Source: Octopus sinensis (Eukaryota). From it: a stretch of 64,000 bases of DNA. The position numbers and the translations under genes are program-made. The number at the start of each line of letters is the position of its first letter. Positions within the stretch are counted from its first letter, which is position 1. Positions 11,073-24,622 of the stretch are shown here, in pieces. The notes under the pieces were generated by a model. That model had not been told where the DNA came from, ran no database searches, and worked only from the letters and a program-made list of their open reading frames with translations. The stretch is taken from contig NC_043019.1 of assembly GCF_006345805.1 (NCBI RefSeq), positions 25,233,360 through 25,297,359 of the forward strand, written 5' to 3'.

Positions 11073-11322
11073 TACAACTGTGAAATATGTATAAAATATT
11101 TTATCCATCAACAGTATTTTAATGAAGTACAAACAAAAAACATGCACTGGAGCAAAACCATTTCACTGTAAAGTATGTGGGAAGCCTTTCCTTCTAAGTC
11201 TTCCAAACTTGCTACCCACAAATGTAGTCACTGGAGAAAAATTTTGTTGTGAAGGAATATGTGGGAAATCCTTTGTTTTTAATATCATTTTAATTAAGCA
11301 CAAACTAATTGCACCTGGATAA
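11073..11322 (+). pseudogene. Decayed C2H2 zinc-finger array fragment (3 fingers)
   Basis: YNCEICIKYF/SINSILMKYKQKTCTGAKP-FHCKVCGKPF/SKSSKLATHKCSH/TGEK-FCCEGICGKSFVFNIILIKHKLI. TGEKP-like linkers, frameshifts and lost His ligands. Confidence 0.75.
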
Positions 11323-11339
11323 ATTTAATAAACAGTTTG

Positions 11340-11510
11340 CTTCTCAAAACGTGGAGTAGATGAAATTAAGGCGACTGGAGAAGGGGAATTTTCCTTGTTT
11401 TGTATGTCCTGTGCTCTATTTTTTCGTTGTTTAAAAAAATGTCCTTTTCCTTGGTTTTGTGTTTGTTTTCGTTTCTCATTGTGTTTGACGTTTTTTTGGT
11501 GTCCTGTACT
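11340..11510 (+). mobile_element. Penelope-like terminal remnant P4
   Basis: T-rich arm similar to P2/P3 ending at a (TA)-rich tract. Only partial hammerhead fragments. Confidence 0.4.
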
Positions 11511-11595
11511 CATATATACATGTATATATACATGTAGAGGTAGGTACGTACATATATGTATGTATATATGCGTATGTTTTATTTATTTATTTATT

Positions 11596-11632
<37 letters not shown>

Positions 11633-11635
11633 CAA

Positions 11636-11945
11636 GTGGAGGCGCAATAGCCCACTGGTTAGGGTAGCAGACTTGTGGTTGTAGGATCGCGGTTTCGATT
11701 CCCACACTGGGCATTGTGAGTGTTTATTGAGCAAAAACACCTAAAGCTCCACAAGGCTCCAGCAGGGGGTGGTGGTGAACCCTACTGTATTCTTTCACCA
11801 CAACTTTCTCTCATTCTTTCTTCCTGTTTCTGTTGTACCTGTATTTCAAAGGATCAGCCTTGTCACACTGTGTCACACTGAATCTCCCCGAGGACTACGT
11901 TAAGGGTACATGTGTCTGTGAAATGCTCGGCCACTTGCACGTTAA
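11636..11945 (+). mobile_element. SINE family D (tRNA-derived head GGAGGCGCAATGGCCCAGTGG) with shared tail 1
   Basis: Pol III A-box-like segment and B box GGTTTCGATTCC. Related copies at 18953 and 59027. Confidence 0.8.
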
Positions 11946-11949
11946 TCAA

Positions 11950-12143
11950 TGAACTGTGACATCACAGGTGCTAAGCTGTATCGGCCTTTGCCTTTCCCTT
12001 GGATAACATCGGTGGCATGGAGAGTGGAGGCTGGTATGCATGGGCGACTGCTGGTCTTCCAGAAATAACCTTGCCCAGACTTGTGCCTTGGAGGGTAACT
12101 TTCTAGGTGCAATCCCATGGTCATTCATGACCGAAGGGGGTCA
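11950..12143 (+). mobile_element. SINE tail module F
   Basis: Homologous to 16880-17080 and 30715-30910 (CACAGGTGCC/TAAGCTGTATCGGCC...GAGGGTAACTTTCTAGGTG). Confidence 0.65.
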
Positions 12144-12319
12144 CAACAATATATAAGCAACTATACGCAGATACGCCAACTAAATATGCTCACTTGACCC
12201 CCACTCCACATACTCTTATGCATGTACATGTTTATTCCTTAAAAGCAATAACTTATTGCAAATGTAACTTATCGCCAATGAATTTTTCTCCAGACTTGGT
12301 AAAAGTAGATTGACAGGTA

Positions 12320-12396
12320 GGTTGGTAGGTAGGTAGATACACAGACAAGTTGAGAGATAGACAAACAGATAGATAAGTTGATATATGGATAGAAAA

Positions 12397-12455
<59 letters not shown>

Positions 12456-12605
12456 CGTAGATACAAAGATAGACAGATGGATAGAATGACAGAGATGGAT
12501 AGATAGACTGAGAGATAGATAGATAGACTGACAGATGGATGGATAGATAGATAGATAGATAGACTGACAAATGGATAGATAGAATGACAGATGGATAGAT
12601 AGACT
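12320..12605. repeat. (GATA)n compound microsatellite
   Basis: Direct inspection. It explains the IYLS-rich ORFs at 12216-12722. Confidence 0.95.
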
Positions 12606-15504
12606 GAAAATAAATTTGGAAGCATTTCCTGAATGAAAATGGAACAGTAAAATAATGTGTTTGACAGATTGGTCTAACACAGTCCATTGGTGATGTTCCT
12701 TGACTGGGTTTTCAAGCATCAAATATAATTGCGGAGTTGTACCACATGTCTAACAAGGAACTTGATCTCAAGTGATTTACATGATGGTGAGAGAGCCACT
12801 TTAAACCATCTAAGATTACACAAAAGCTGTTTCAGTAATTTGAGGGGAAATAACTGAAAAGTGACTCTGGACAGTTTTTTTTGGTTAAAGTGGCTCTTTG
12901 ATGTTATTGTATCAATTTCTTTTAAAAAAAAAAAAGGTATTACTTTGTGATTTCTGTTTGATTTTAAATCTGTGTTGCATTCTAATAATAAAGAAGGACA
13001 TCTACATTTTGTTAGCTGTTGTGTTTAGTGATGTCTTCTATCTTTCACTTGTTTCAGTCATTGGACTGCGGCCATGCTGGGGCACTGTTTTGAAGAACTT
13101 TTACTTGAACGGATCGACTCCAGTACTTATTCTTGCTTTAAAGCCTGGTACTTATTCTGTTGGTCTCTTTTGCTGAACCGCTAAGTTAAGGGGTGTAAGC
13201 ATACCAACACCAGTTGCCAAGTGGCGGTGGAGAACACACACATGATGGGCTTCTTTCATTTTCTGTTTACCAAATCCACTTGTTCTTTGGAATGGCCAAA
13301 TAATGTTTGAAAAGTTTAAGGACAAGAATGAAGACAGTGGCAGTATCTTAGTAAATGTTTATAGAAAATTAAGGATTCTATTCTGCTGCTTTCGTGATAA
13401 AGGGATTGAAATAAATTTGACAAACCTTCAATATCGGATATGAACAATTATAGGCATGGGCGTGGCTGTGTAGTAAGAAGCGTGGCTGTGTAGTTCCGGG
13501 TTCAGTCCCACTGCATGGCACCTTGAGCAAGTGTCTTCTACTATAGCCTCCAGCCAACCAAAGTTTTGCAAATGGATTTGGTAGAGGGAAACTGAAAGAA
13601 GCCTGCTGTAATATATACATATGTGTGTATCTTTGTGTCTGTGTTGGTTCCCCATCCCCACTCGACAATTGGTGTTGGTGTGTTTATGTCCCTGTAACTT
13701 AGTTTGGCAAAAGAGAATAAGGACCAGGCTTCATAAAAAATAAGTCCAGGGGTCGATTCACTTGACTAAAAACTCTGAGAGATGGTGCCCCAGCCTGGCC
13801 ACAGTCTAATGACTGAAACAAGTAAAAGATAATCACAGATATGATTTTGTTGGGGTTTGTTTGGGAGTTTTCGAGTCAGTCTTCTATTAGGACAGACAGA
13901 GAGATGTACACCCAGCATTATGTCTGAAATATGTGTGTATAGACCTCTATCGGTCTGCCTGATTCTCTGTCTTTGTCATATGTGTGTGTGTGTGTGTGTG
14001 TGTATGTGTGTCTATGGGGTGACTATACAAATATATAGCTAAATATACAAAAATACAGCTAAATATACAAGCAAAATCAAGCTACACCCTGAAATAAATC
14101 CGTGATGCATCCCATAAAATCTTTTCAAAAATTACTCAAATCATTGAAATAATCATCAGAAATGAAAGGCGTCATTGGTTTCATTCACCCTTCCCCCCAC
14201 CCCACTGTTTCTACCCCCACTTTTCTCCACCTACCACTCTAACCCTCCTCCCACTCCACCATTTTCTCACTGCCACCCCTCCAATCCCCCCCCCCCTCCG
14301 TCCGCCATCCCCTGCTGCCCTAAATAAATAATAAATAATGTTAACCGACTCATTTGATATCTTTCTTTCTGTTGTGATTGGTTGTCCCATCATTTCTCTT
14401 CACTCCGATCATCGTTTATTGATCTTCTATTGGAATATTTATGTGTTTTAGATGGCAACTGGTGAACAATAGCACCATTGGTTACAGGTTTCTCGTCATT
14501 CGGTCATTGCTTGATGACATTTCTGACAGTGACAAGGGAGTGTTTGTTACTAGTTGGGGAACAAATATTGCTAAGGACTTTGAAGAGCACCTACTTTTGA
14601 TTTCCTGGCCAGTATTTACATCCTTTACCAATATACATCAGTAAAAGATATATACATACTGTGTGTATGTGTGTTTGTGTGTGCATATATGTAAGCATGT
14701 ATATATGTCAGTGTGCATATATATTCCCTCTCTCTCTTTCGGAGAGGCCCTGAGCAGCTCTATGCACACATACACACACGGCAGTAACTTCCGCCTACCG
14801 AATTCAATCACAAAGCTCCGGTCGGCTCAGGGCTATAGTAGAAGACACCTGCCCAAAGTGCCATGCAGTGGGACTGAACCCGAAACCATGTTGTTAGGAA
14901 GCAAGCTCCCTAACCACACAGCCATGCCCGCGCCTATTTATATATATGCAGCTGTACATGTGCATATATGCTTATGTATGCATATATATGTGTCTGTGTG
15001 TGTGTGCATGTGTGTGTATGTTTGTTTGTGTGTGTGTGTTTATGTATGTTTATGTGTGTATGGTTATGTATAAGCTCTTGTGCTGGTTACGCATAGAAAG
15101 GACCCAGTACACTCTATAAAATGATTGGCATTAGCAAGGGCACCCAACCATAGAAACCTTGCCAAAACAGGCAATTGGAGCCTGGTGCATCCCCCTGGCT
15201 TGCCAGCTCCTTGTCAAACAGTCCAACCCATGCTAGCATGGCAAACAGACATTAAATGATGATGATGATGATGTGTGTGTATGTCTGCATGTATGTATGT
15301 ATGTGTATATCTCGATGTACCTACTGGATTTTTGTGCAGTTTTCATCCACTGAATCTCCCTCACCTGGTATTATTAGTCAACTCGAGACTATGCTAGAAA
15401 ACCCTTGCTGGATTTAATTTGGGAATCATGTGGTTAGGAATTGAACCCTGTTAATCACACAGACATCCCAGTGTCTGGTAGAACAGCAATTACTCTTCAC
15501 AGTT

Positions 15505-15910
15505 AGTTGACCATCCTTGTTGCTAATCACTCAACCATCACGAATATTTTTAAGGGTTAGATATCCATCCTTTCTACTACAAACCATTTTATTTTCAAGT
15601 GTGTTTTGAGAGGGAACTACATGCCCACCCTTCCTATTACTAATCACTCAACTATCATGAAATATTTTTCAGGGCCTGGATACCCACCCCTTCTGTACTA
15701 ACCACTTGATTTTCAAGTATGTTTTGAGGAGGAGTGGACAGGGATGGAGGTAAGGGGCTGATACCCACCCCTTCTACTGCTAACTACTTAATTACAAAGT
15801 ATATTTTGAGAGGGCTAGATACCCACCTTGTCTACTGATAACCTCTCCATTGTCAAGTATGTTTTGAGGGTAGGGGACTGGGTACCCACTCTCTTCACTG
15901 CTAATCACTC
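15505..15910. repeat. Old degenerate ~55-bp minisatellite (~7 units)
   Basis: Recurrent GGGCTAGATACCCACCCC...CTACT..TAA.CACT...TTTTCAAGTATGTTTTGAG. Confidence 0.65.
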
Positions 15911-16499
15911 AGCAACTAAGAAGAGTACTTAGGTATACTCTGTAGGGTACATGTACACACATTAGCATAAGGGACCTTATTAACCTTAAACTGCTGGGGT
16001 TTACATCACCAATGGTCATAAAAACATTCATTTTGTCTTCATTATAGCCATGACCAAAAATTATAAGTGTGTTGAGGAATATAGGAAGCAGTGAAAAAAT
16101 GCAACACATCCAGAAAGCTATACTGCACATGCACCTCATGCAATAAACCATGCATATCTGAGTGCACAATTTTGTTCTTAATGTGGTAAATGTTTGGTGC
16201 ATATGTTGCTTTGACGCTGTGTCTCATCTCACCTAATGATTTTACTGTTTGTGTGACTCAGTCTAAAAATGCCGTATATTCTGGCATACAATCGATGTAG
16301 TATAAACATGTAGTGTAAGCATTCTAGCATTGTCACTGTCTTTCCAAATTCTGCTGCATTTCACATGGTGTGCAAGTCAACCTATCTCTTTTGGTTGTAA
16401 ATTTTGGCCTTAAAAAATTTGACTTGTGTGCTGGAAAATACAGTACAGAGAGGTGAATTACTCAGGGACCCCATTTGCACGACAGACAGTAAAGGTACT

Positions 16500-16774
16500 A
16501 CAGTTCTGTATTTAAGAGATGAGGAATTATGTACATTATTTACATTTGATGGATATTTGTCCTCATTTTGTTTGTTGTTGGCAATGTTTCGGCTGATATA
16601 CCCTCCAGCCTTCATCAGGTGTCTTGGGGAAATTTTGAACCTGGGTTCTCAACCCTTTGTAACCCTTCGTCCTGTTTTGTCCCTTTATGTGATAATTGAT
16701 TTTTGTCAGCCCTTGCGGCCAATAAAAGAATTAATTATTATTATTATTATTCAGGTCACTGCCTGGAATCGAAC
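16500..16774 (-). mobile_element. Second P1 copy with a degenerate hammerhead
   Basis: CUGAUGA-A-GGCUG...CAGCC-GAAAC is intact, but stem III reads ACAU and the stem I partner is lost (about 16578-16623). Confidence 0.7.
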
Positions 16775-17714
16775 TTGGAATCAGTGTTGAGCTCACAATT
16801 GTTCAATTCCTGGACTGGGCTGTGTGTTGTGTTCTTGAGCAAGACACTTTATTTCATGTTGCTCCAGTTCACTCAGCTGCATAAGTGAGTTGCTACATTA
16901 CTAGTGCCAAGTTCTATCGGCTTTTGCCTTTCCCTCAGACAATATCTGTGTCACAGGGAAGCTGGTATATATGGGTGACTGTGGGTCTTCCATAAACGAC
17001 TTTACCTAGATTTGTGCCTCAGAGGGTAACTTTCTAGGTGCAATCTCATGGTCATTCATTACCGAAGAGGTTCTTTACCTCTTTACCTTCTACTTCAGGC
17101 AACATAGTTAAGACTATGCATTGCTAAGGAGGTCTAACATAGTTGAAGCATGTCCATTGTTGTCTCCCTTGCAAAAAAGTAAATGAAATTACAATATTAG
17201 CCATATTAATAAGGTTATTTTTTCTTTAATGCATAAGCAAAAACATTTCTTATCAAATTTTTGATGTTTGTTACTGGAAATATGCTAAAACTAATTAACT
17301 ATGTAATAAACATAGGTCTGCTTAATTAGGACTGACTTGTGCCATCACGACAACCACAGAGTAGGAATAGGGGAGCCTGGGGTTCGTGTAGACAGGCAAT
17401 GCTTCAAATAAGATGATGTGGTGGTGGTGATAGTGAAGTAATAGTGATGGTGATTATGATGATGAATTAATTTTGTTTAATCCACCAAGAAATCCTGGTT
17501 TCATTTCACTGGGGATTTTCGCCCCTTCTCATTCTCTTTTAATTTAATGCATTCAGATTTCTTATTGTTGCTCCTCTCTGTCTGTCTCACTCTCTTCCTG
17601 ACTGTCTGTTTGTCTGTCTCTTCATCTGTTACTGCCAGAAATCCTCCTGGGACCGCTTGAACTTAAATTGTTGCATTACTAGCGGAATATGACACCATAT
17701 TTGTGGAATAATTA

Positions 17715-18180
17715 CAACAATGGTAAATGCCATCACCACCTTCACCACTACCACCACTGCCATCGCCAGCAACACCATCACCACCTTATCACCACAACCA
17801 CCGTCATTACCATCACCACCACCACCACCACCACCACTTCCATGCTGTGCCCCATTCCACCACCCTCGCTACCACTTCCCTACCACTCCACTTATTGCCA
17901 GCATCACTACCACCTCCACAGCCATCTCACCACCATATTAACACAACCGCCACCACCATACTTACGATCCCTATTCCACCCCCACCATCATCCCCACCTC
18001 CTTTTATTACCATCACTATTTCACCACCATGCCAAATCTTATGCACCATCAATGCTACTATTACAGCAACCATTTCACCACCACCAGCACCACTACATCA
18101 CCCCACTATTCTACCATCACCACCACCACTGCCATCACACACTACTCTTGTCACTACCCCACCACCATCACCACCATTTC
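17715..18180. repeat. (CAC/CAT)-rich low-complexity tract
   Basis: Direct inspection; source of the His/Thr/Pro-rich spurious ORFs. Confidence 0.9.
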
Positions 18181-18952
18181 TAAATATTTGGTAATTCCGT
18201 TTTCTCCTATTTTGAATAAATACACAATAAGTTTATTTCTAAAAATCTTCCAAAACCAGTGTAGTAAAATTATTTCTTACCTAGGTACAAGACAAGCCAG
18301 AAACTTGATATGGGGTGGTGGGCATATTGAGGTGTTAGTTGATTAAAATGAACCCCAGTTCATTTCTGATACTTTAATATCCCTGGAAGGGAAAGCTAAC
18401 TGTTCACCTTGGCAGGATTTGAACCCTGATAGTAAAGAGCCACAACACATACTGCAAGGTGTTTTCGTTTGACACACCAATGGTTTTGCTGTAATAGTAA
18501 TTTCTTACCTTGGCACCAGAGGGGGAGGGAGATATAAAGGATTAGTTAATTTGGTGGAGGGTGCTGTTGCCATGTAAAAGACACCCATGCTGGTGCCACA
18601 GGAAAAGTAGCCGTGCTGGTGCCATGTATAAAGCACTCGGTACACTATAAAGTTGTTGGCCTTAGGAAGGGCATCCAGCCATAGAAACCATGCCAAAGTA
18701 GACATATGGAGCCTGGCACAGGTCTCTGGTTTGCCAGCCCCTATCAAACCATCCAACCCATGCCAGCACGGAAAAGGGATGTTAAATGATGATGATGATG
18801 ATGAATTAACCACGGTGAGGTTTGAACTTAGAAACATAACTTAATTACTGTAACATAGCCATTTGTGCATCATAGGTTATTGTGGCCAAAGCGGGAGATC
18901 TGTACCATGAGACAATGGTTGGGTGTCTAGTAGCAAGGGAGCTGCTACTGCA

Positions 18953-19330
18953 GTGGAGGCGCAATGGCCCAGTGGTTAGGGCAGCGGACTTGCGGTCGGA
19001 GGATCGTGGTTTCGATTCCCAGACCGGGCGTTGTGTGTGTTTATTGAGCAAAAACACCTAAAGCTCCACGAGGCTCCGGCAGGGGATGGTGGCGTCCCCT
19101 GTTGTACTCTTTCGCCCCAACTTTCTCTCACTCTTCTTCCTGTTTCTTGTCCCCGACTTCCTACGCAACTGCTGAGCCTGGATGTGCATTCATCCATCCG
19201 TCGATGCTCTCGGTGTCGGGAGTTGACCTGCTTTCTCTTCTGCGGGTCTTACAAATAGCAAAGGACCAAGATTCGGACTTTTCCCACTGCGAGCTCTGGG
19301 ATGAAGACTGCTTCGCTCAACAGCAACACC
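18953..19330 (+). mobile_element. SINE family D head and body with an alternative CpG-rich tail
   Basis: Matches 11636 and 59027 up to CTTCCTGTTTCT, then diverges into unrelated sequence ending CAACAGCAACACCAAC. Confidence 0.65.
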
Positions 19331-19589
19331 AACAGGTGCTACTGCAAGGCAGTTGCATCATCGACGATGCTTAGTACAATCTTGTTCATCACTTGGTACT
19401 TGGCATGGAGGCCCAGAGAGGCAGTCTGGTGGGGGGTAGGGGACAGGCCTGTACCAACTGCTTTTCTCACTGTCCACTCACAATTGAAAGATCTTAGTTT
19501 TGATTCTCAGACTAGGAATTGTGTTCTTGAAGAGAACACTGTCTCACTTTTCTCTGGTCCATTCAGTTATAAAACAGCCTGCAAGAGAC

Positions 19590-19840
19590 CAGCATTCTGT
19601 CTGCGACGATTTCATCTCAATCGAAGGAGAGGAGCTTTCTCCATCCGGGTTGCGGATCCGTGGAACAAGCTGCCAGACAAGATGGTGAAGATGCCGACGA
19701 CCGCTTTGTTCCAAGTCTCTTTTGACCTCAAGTGGCCTGAACTCTTTACATGAACACCACCCTGTACATAACTCCATGTCCCCCTACATGGCCTTGCTTT
19801 TTGCTTTTGAGCCAAAAAATTAACTAACTAACTAACTAAG
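19590..19840 (+). mobile_element. 5'-truncated CR1-type LINE with (CTAA)n tail (second family)
   Basis: RRFHLNRRRGAFSIRVADPWNKLPDKMVKMPTTALFQVSFDLKWPELFT*, then a short 3'UTR and TAACTAACTAAC. Confidence 0.8.
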
Positions 19841-21718
19841 GGGTAATGTTGGTCTACCCTTCTAACCAACGTCGGGTGGCATCATTCAAAAGCTATACCA
19901 ATTCAAGGAAGCAGATGGTGACTAGCAGTGTAATAACTTCATCCTAACATTCTTGGTTGATGCAGTGATAATTTCGCTGTGATTTCACAAAGCAGAATCA
20001 GTTCATGTGTACCAAAGTTCTTGGAAGGAAATGGGGTGGGGTGGGGTTAATAGTCGTGTCATCTCAACTGTTGTTTGGCAGAGGAATTCTATTGAATGGT
20101 TGATTTTCTTTGGTCTAACATATTTTGGTTGTCATTTCATAGTCGGGGCTTTCATTTTATTTCTAACAAAGTTCAACCTTTTTACCCTAAATACTCACTA
20201 GATACCCACCTATTCACCCAGGTACCATTCTAACCACATGACATACTTCGATAAGGATAAAACAAACAAAATATAATCAATGTTATTTACTCCACCCAGT
20301 TATTTACTACACCCTCCCTATTCCTTCCATATTCCACACCCTTTCTTTTCACTTCCACTCCCCTATCACTCTTACACCACCCCTCACACTAGCTCTACCT
20401 TCTTCTACTCTCTTCCACCACCTTACTAACTCACTTATCTCAAATCTCTCCTCTCAATGCTCCCCTTCTCACTTTTAATCTCCATTCAACCAAAGAGTCT
20501 CTACACAGTCACCCGACTTGCTAGAAAGAACAGCCAAATCTCCTCCAAATCATATATCATTCTCTTAAAAACAGGAGGAGGCACACTAAATAATGTAGTC
20601 CTAGATATTCCCATCCCTGCAAAAAAAAAGGACTAAAAAAAAATCAAAAGAGGATGGTCATGTATGGCATGTCTTCAATCCTAGGTCTGCTTTATTCTCT
20701 TCCCCTCCCATACAATTTCTTCCACCACTCTCCTCCCTCCTCTACCCATTTTTCACCCCTAATTATGACATCTTACTTTCTCCCTCACTCCCACACTGTT
20801 CTAGTTTTAATCTCCTCCGCTGTCACCACCACCACCACCACCATTTGCACTGTCACCCCACTACACCATTACCCAACTCCCCACCCTTTCCTACACTATC
20901 TCTCACCCAACCGACCGACCCACTAACTTCTACTATTTCAACCACCACCACCACCACCTCCTCCACCACCACCACATCCACCCACCGCCACCCTCTTAGC
21001 TGTTCCAGGACTTTGCCTTTTAACACACTTATAATATAGTTTTGTTCTTAATCAACAATAACAAATGTTATTGGTTTAGTTGTTTATAACTCAGTAAACA
21101 AACTCATTAATTACCCCAATTAAGATAATCCTAATAATTGTTTCTAATTTTAGCACAAGGCCAGCAACTTAGAGGGGAGGGGGCAAATCGATTACATCAA
21201 CCCTCCAGTGCTTGACTGACATTTTATTTTATTTTACTTTATTTCGATTCCAAAAGGACAAAAGGCTGAGTTGACCTCAACAGGATTTGAACTCAGAATG
21301 TAAAGAGCTGGAAGGAATGCTGTAAAGCATTTTGCCAGCTCACCGCCTTTAAGAGATAATCCTGATAAAAGATTAAGTGCCAGAATACATTTTTTGGTGG
21401 AAGGAATAGTCAGCGTTGTTCTCAACCAAATGCTTGACTGGTTCTTCCAGAAGAATAAAAAGCAGGATTAGAACCCAGAACATCAGACTACAAAGGGTAT
21501 GGAGAATTAAGCAGATTAAATTCAGTTAAACTGGCACCTAGATCTTCACTGTTGCAATTCATTCTATTGACCCTGAAAAATAAATTGCAAAGTCATCTTT
21601 CACAGGGCTTGAACTTAGAACCAAGGCTTACATATTTTAAATGAAATTTCATGTAATCAAGCTTTTTTGTTTGTTTGTTTTTTATATTGATGTGATTCAG
21701 CTGAATGTCCTCTGTTAA

Positions 21719-21939
21719 CCTTTTCGTTACTGAATTTATTTTGAGATGCTCAGTGTTTCTTCCAATTATGTTAAATATAACAAAGAATTAAGTAAAATAA
21801 CATCGTTATCATTAAGCTAGAGTTAGGGACATAAATTGTGACTAAGGTTTGGTGGAAGGTTTTAATTCAGAACTTTTGAAAACCAGACATTTGTACTAAA
21901 GAGCCAGAGCTGGTTTCAGCCGGGTTGGTAACGAAAGGG
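21719..21939. mobile_element. piggyBac-like MITE (221 bp), family G2
   Basis: TTAA|CCTTTTCGTTAC...GTAACGAAAGGG|TTAA. Confidence 0.8.
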
Positions 21940-22158
21940 TTAAACCTCTTTATATTGAAGCATCTGCAGACCTCATTCTAATATGGCAATCATCATCATC
22001 ATCACCATCGATCCCAGTATGCAACTGGTACTTAATTTATTGACCCTGAAAGGATGAAAAGCAAATAATAATAATAATAATAATAAAAGTTTAAGATTCA
22101 ATTTGAAAATGAGCAACAACCTCAGAAAATCATTGAGGAGGAGAGAGGAAGGAGGAAT

Positions 22159-22208
<50 letters not shown>

Positions 22209-22397
22209 CAGTGGAATATTAATGAACTACATGTTGTCTGAGTCAGGTTGGACCAAGGGAAATGGTTTGAGCATTTCACTGATGATGATTGTTGTCTGGC
22301 TGAAAGTCTAAATGAAGATGATGGTGATGATGATGATGATGATAATAATAGTGACAATGGTGATGATGCTTATGATGATGATTATCATAATATTGAC

Positions 22398-22430
<33 letters not shown>

Positions 22431-23889
22431 TCAGTAGTAATTATCATGTGGTGGTGGTAGTGGTGGTGGGGATTATGTTGAAAGTGATGATGACAAATCA
22501 TTTCTGCTTAACATTACACAATTAAGATGTGTGTATGCATGCATGTGTGTATGTATGTATGTGTGTATGTATGTATGTATGTATGCATGCATTCATGTAT
22601 GTATGTATGTATGTATGTATGTATGTATGTATGTATGTATGTATGTGTCTTGTTATTGTTCGCTAACATTACATTGTGTTTAGATGTTTTATTCCTGTGT
22701 CTCTCTTGTAGAAAGGAAATTGATTTCTGAAAAGAGAATCAAATATGGCAGCCCGATTCTTCAGTGATGTGTGTGTGTGTGTGCACATGTATATTTGCAT
22801 GTGCATGTGTGTGTTCATACATGCATGTGTATGTACACACATACATACACACACCTACACCCACATATGCAATCATTTCAATGATTAGCCAAGAGTCATT
22901 CACCTAAACACATTCTGACCACCACCTCACAGACCTGATCTTTTCTTCTTCCTGTGTCTTCTACCACTACTACCACATCCTCTGCTCCTCTCATCTATCT
23001 AACTGTGGCAAAAAAAAACTAGAAGAAATGTAGCTTAGCACTTTGTCTGGTCTGCCTGCCACCTTAATAATAATAATAATAATATAATAATCCTTTCTAC
23101 TGGAGGCACAAGGCCTGAAATATGGAGAGAGGGAACTAATTGATTACATCGGCCCCAGTGTTTCACTGGTACTTAATTTATCAACTCTGAATGGATAAAA
23201 GGTAATACTAACCTTGGTTGAATTTGAACTCAGAATGTAAAGATGGACGATATACTGCTAAGCATTTTGCCCAGCATGCTAACGATTCTGCCAGCTTGCT
23301 GCCTTAGTAATGATAATAATAATAATAATTTCAAATTTTGGCACTAGGCCAGCAATTTCGGGGGGTAGGGTGGAAGTCGGTTACATCGACCCCAGTATTC
23401 AAATGGTACTTGTTTTATTGACCCTGAAAGAGTAAAAAGTAAAGCTGACCTCGACAGAATTTGAACCAACAATTTTCCTGTTGTTAGATTCAACTTTATA
23501 ATCACCCAGTCCACTCCACCTGGTTGTAAAGTTTAATTAACCATAGAGAACTGCATCACACCTCATCCAACCTCACATACATCCATACATAATGCTGCTT
23601 TGAATGCTTTTAAACCTACCAACTACTTCTAAACCAATTTAGGATTTGTTGCAGAAAGTTCGCCAGAGCAGGAATATGACATTGCAAGTGAGACAAGTCA
23701 ACCGTTTCAACCTGACATATATTTTTTTAAGATATTTTATTGTATTTTATTTTCTATCTACAAAGACAGCAAGATGGCAGAATCATTAACTCACCGGACA
23801 AAATACTGCCAAGTGTTTCATCTGTCTTTACATTCTGAGTTCAGATTCTGCCAAAGTTGACTTTGCTTTCCGTCCTTTTGAGGCTGATA

Positions 23890-24115
23890 AAAGGCAGTAC
23901 TCCAGCATGGCCACAGTTAAATGACTAAAAGAATAAAAGAATATATATCTATATACCACCCCCACGGTCAGATTGGAGCAATCTCAAGTATAACCAACCG
24001 AAATTGCAAAGATAATCTGGAACTCAACTGAGGAAAGAAAACTCCGAATGACCCGTCCTTGTTTTCATCGTATCGTCTGTCTGGATGTTTTGCGCTTTTG
24101 TCCTATTTTTGTATG
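23890..24115 (+). repeat. Inverted duplicate of ~25263-25484
   Basis: 23890-23996 is the exact reverse complement of 25378-25484 (107 bp). The next ~125 bp differ at about 9 positions. Confidence 0.9.
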
Positions 24116-24550
24116 AGTTGAGGACTGTGGTTTATATAATTGACTAACCTCTTTGCGCGAACTTTGAGGCCTTGTGCTTGTAGCAGAAAGGATTTTATAT
24201 CTACCTTACTTTTATCCTTGCACTAAATCATAGGAACCTGCCAATTTCTGTTGAAGGCACATGGGGCTTACAGAATTATCAGCAACTATTAATCATACAA
24301 ACATACACGTGCTTACATATATGGGTATGGGTCTGGCTCCTGTAGCCGTCTGCTGGCAACTTTTTACTCTCTTATAAGGCTATAATGCTTGATCTTTTTG
24401 CTGTTTTTACAGCCACACTGCATTCAATATTTACTTCCTCATCTGTAAAATACCAAACACATTCGACGCTTCCAAAGTTTGTTTATAAAATGTTGTTGCA
24501 TTCCAAAAGCTATCATTTAACTTTAAAACTAACACTAATTCATGTCAGTA

Positions 24551-24622
24551 GGCTGTTTAGTTTAATGGTAGAGTACTTGGCTGATATCTGAGGGGTACAG
24601 GGTTCATCTCCTGTAACTGTCA
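24551..24622 (+). tRNA. Decayed tRNA-like gene/pseudogene, anticodon reads GAT
   Basis: 72-nt cloverleaf: acceptor GGCTGTT/AACTGTC, anticodon arm CTTGG-CTGATAT-CTGAG, T arm ACAGG-GTTCATCT-CCTGT, weak D stem. A T6 run at 24632-24637 could be a Pol III terminator. Confidence 0.55.

Noticed and set aside
11345-11400. Permuted (type II) hammerheads in P2, P4 and P5, where GAAA precedes CTGANGA
   Set aside because: Stem II pairing is only wobble-level and no stem I can be formed; treated as remnants.
14441-14644. 67-aa ORF after an acceptor-like TTTTAG
   Set aside because: Weak donors and no recognisable domain; cannot be supported without transcripts.
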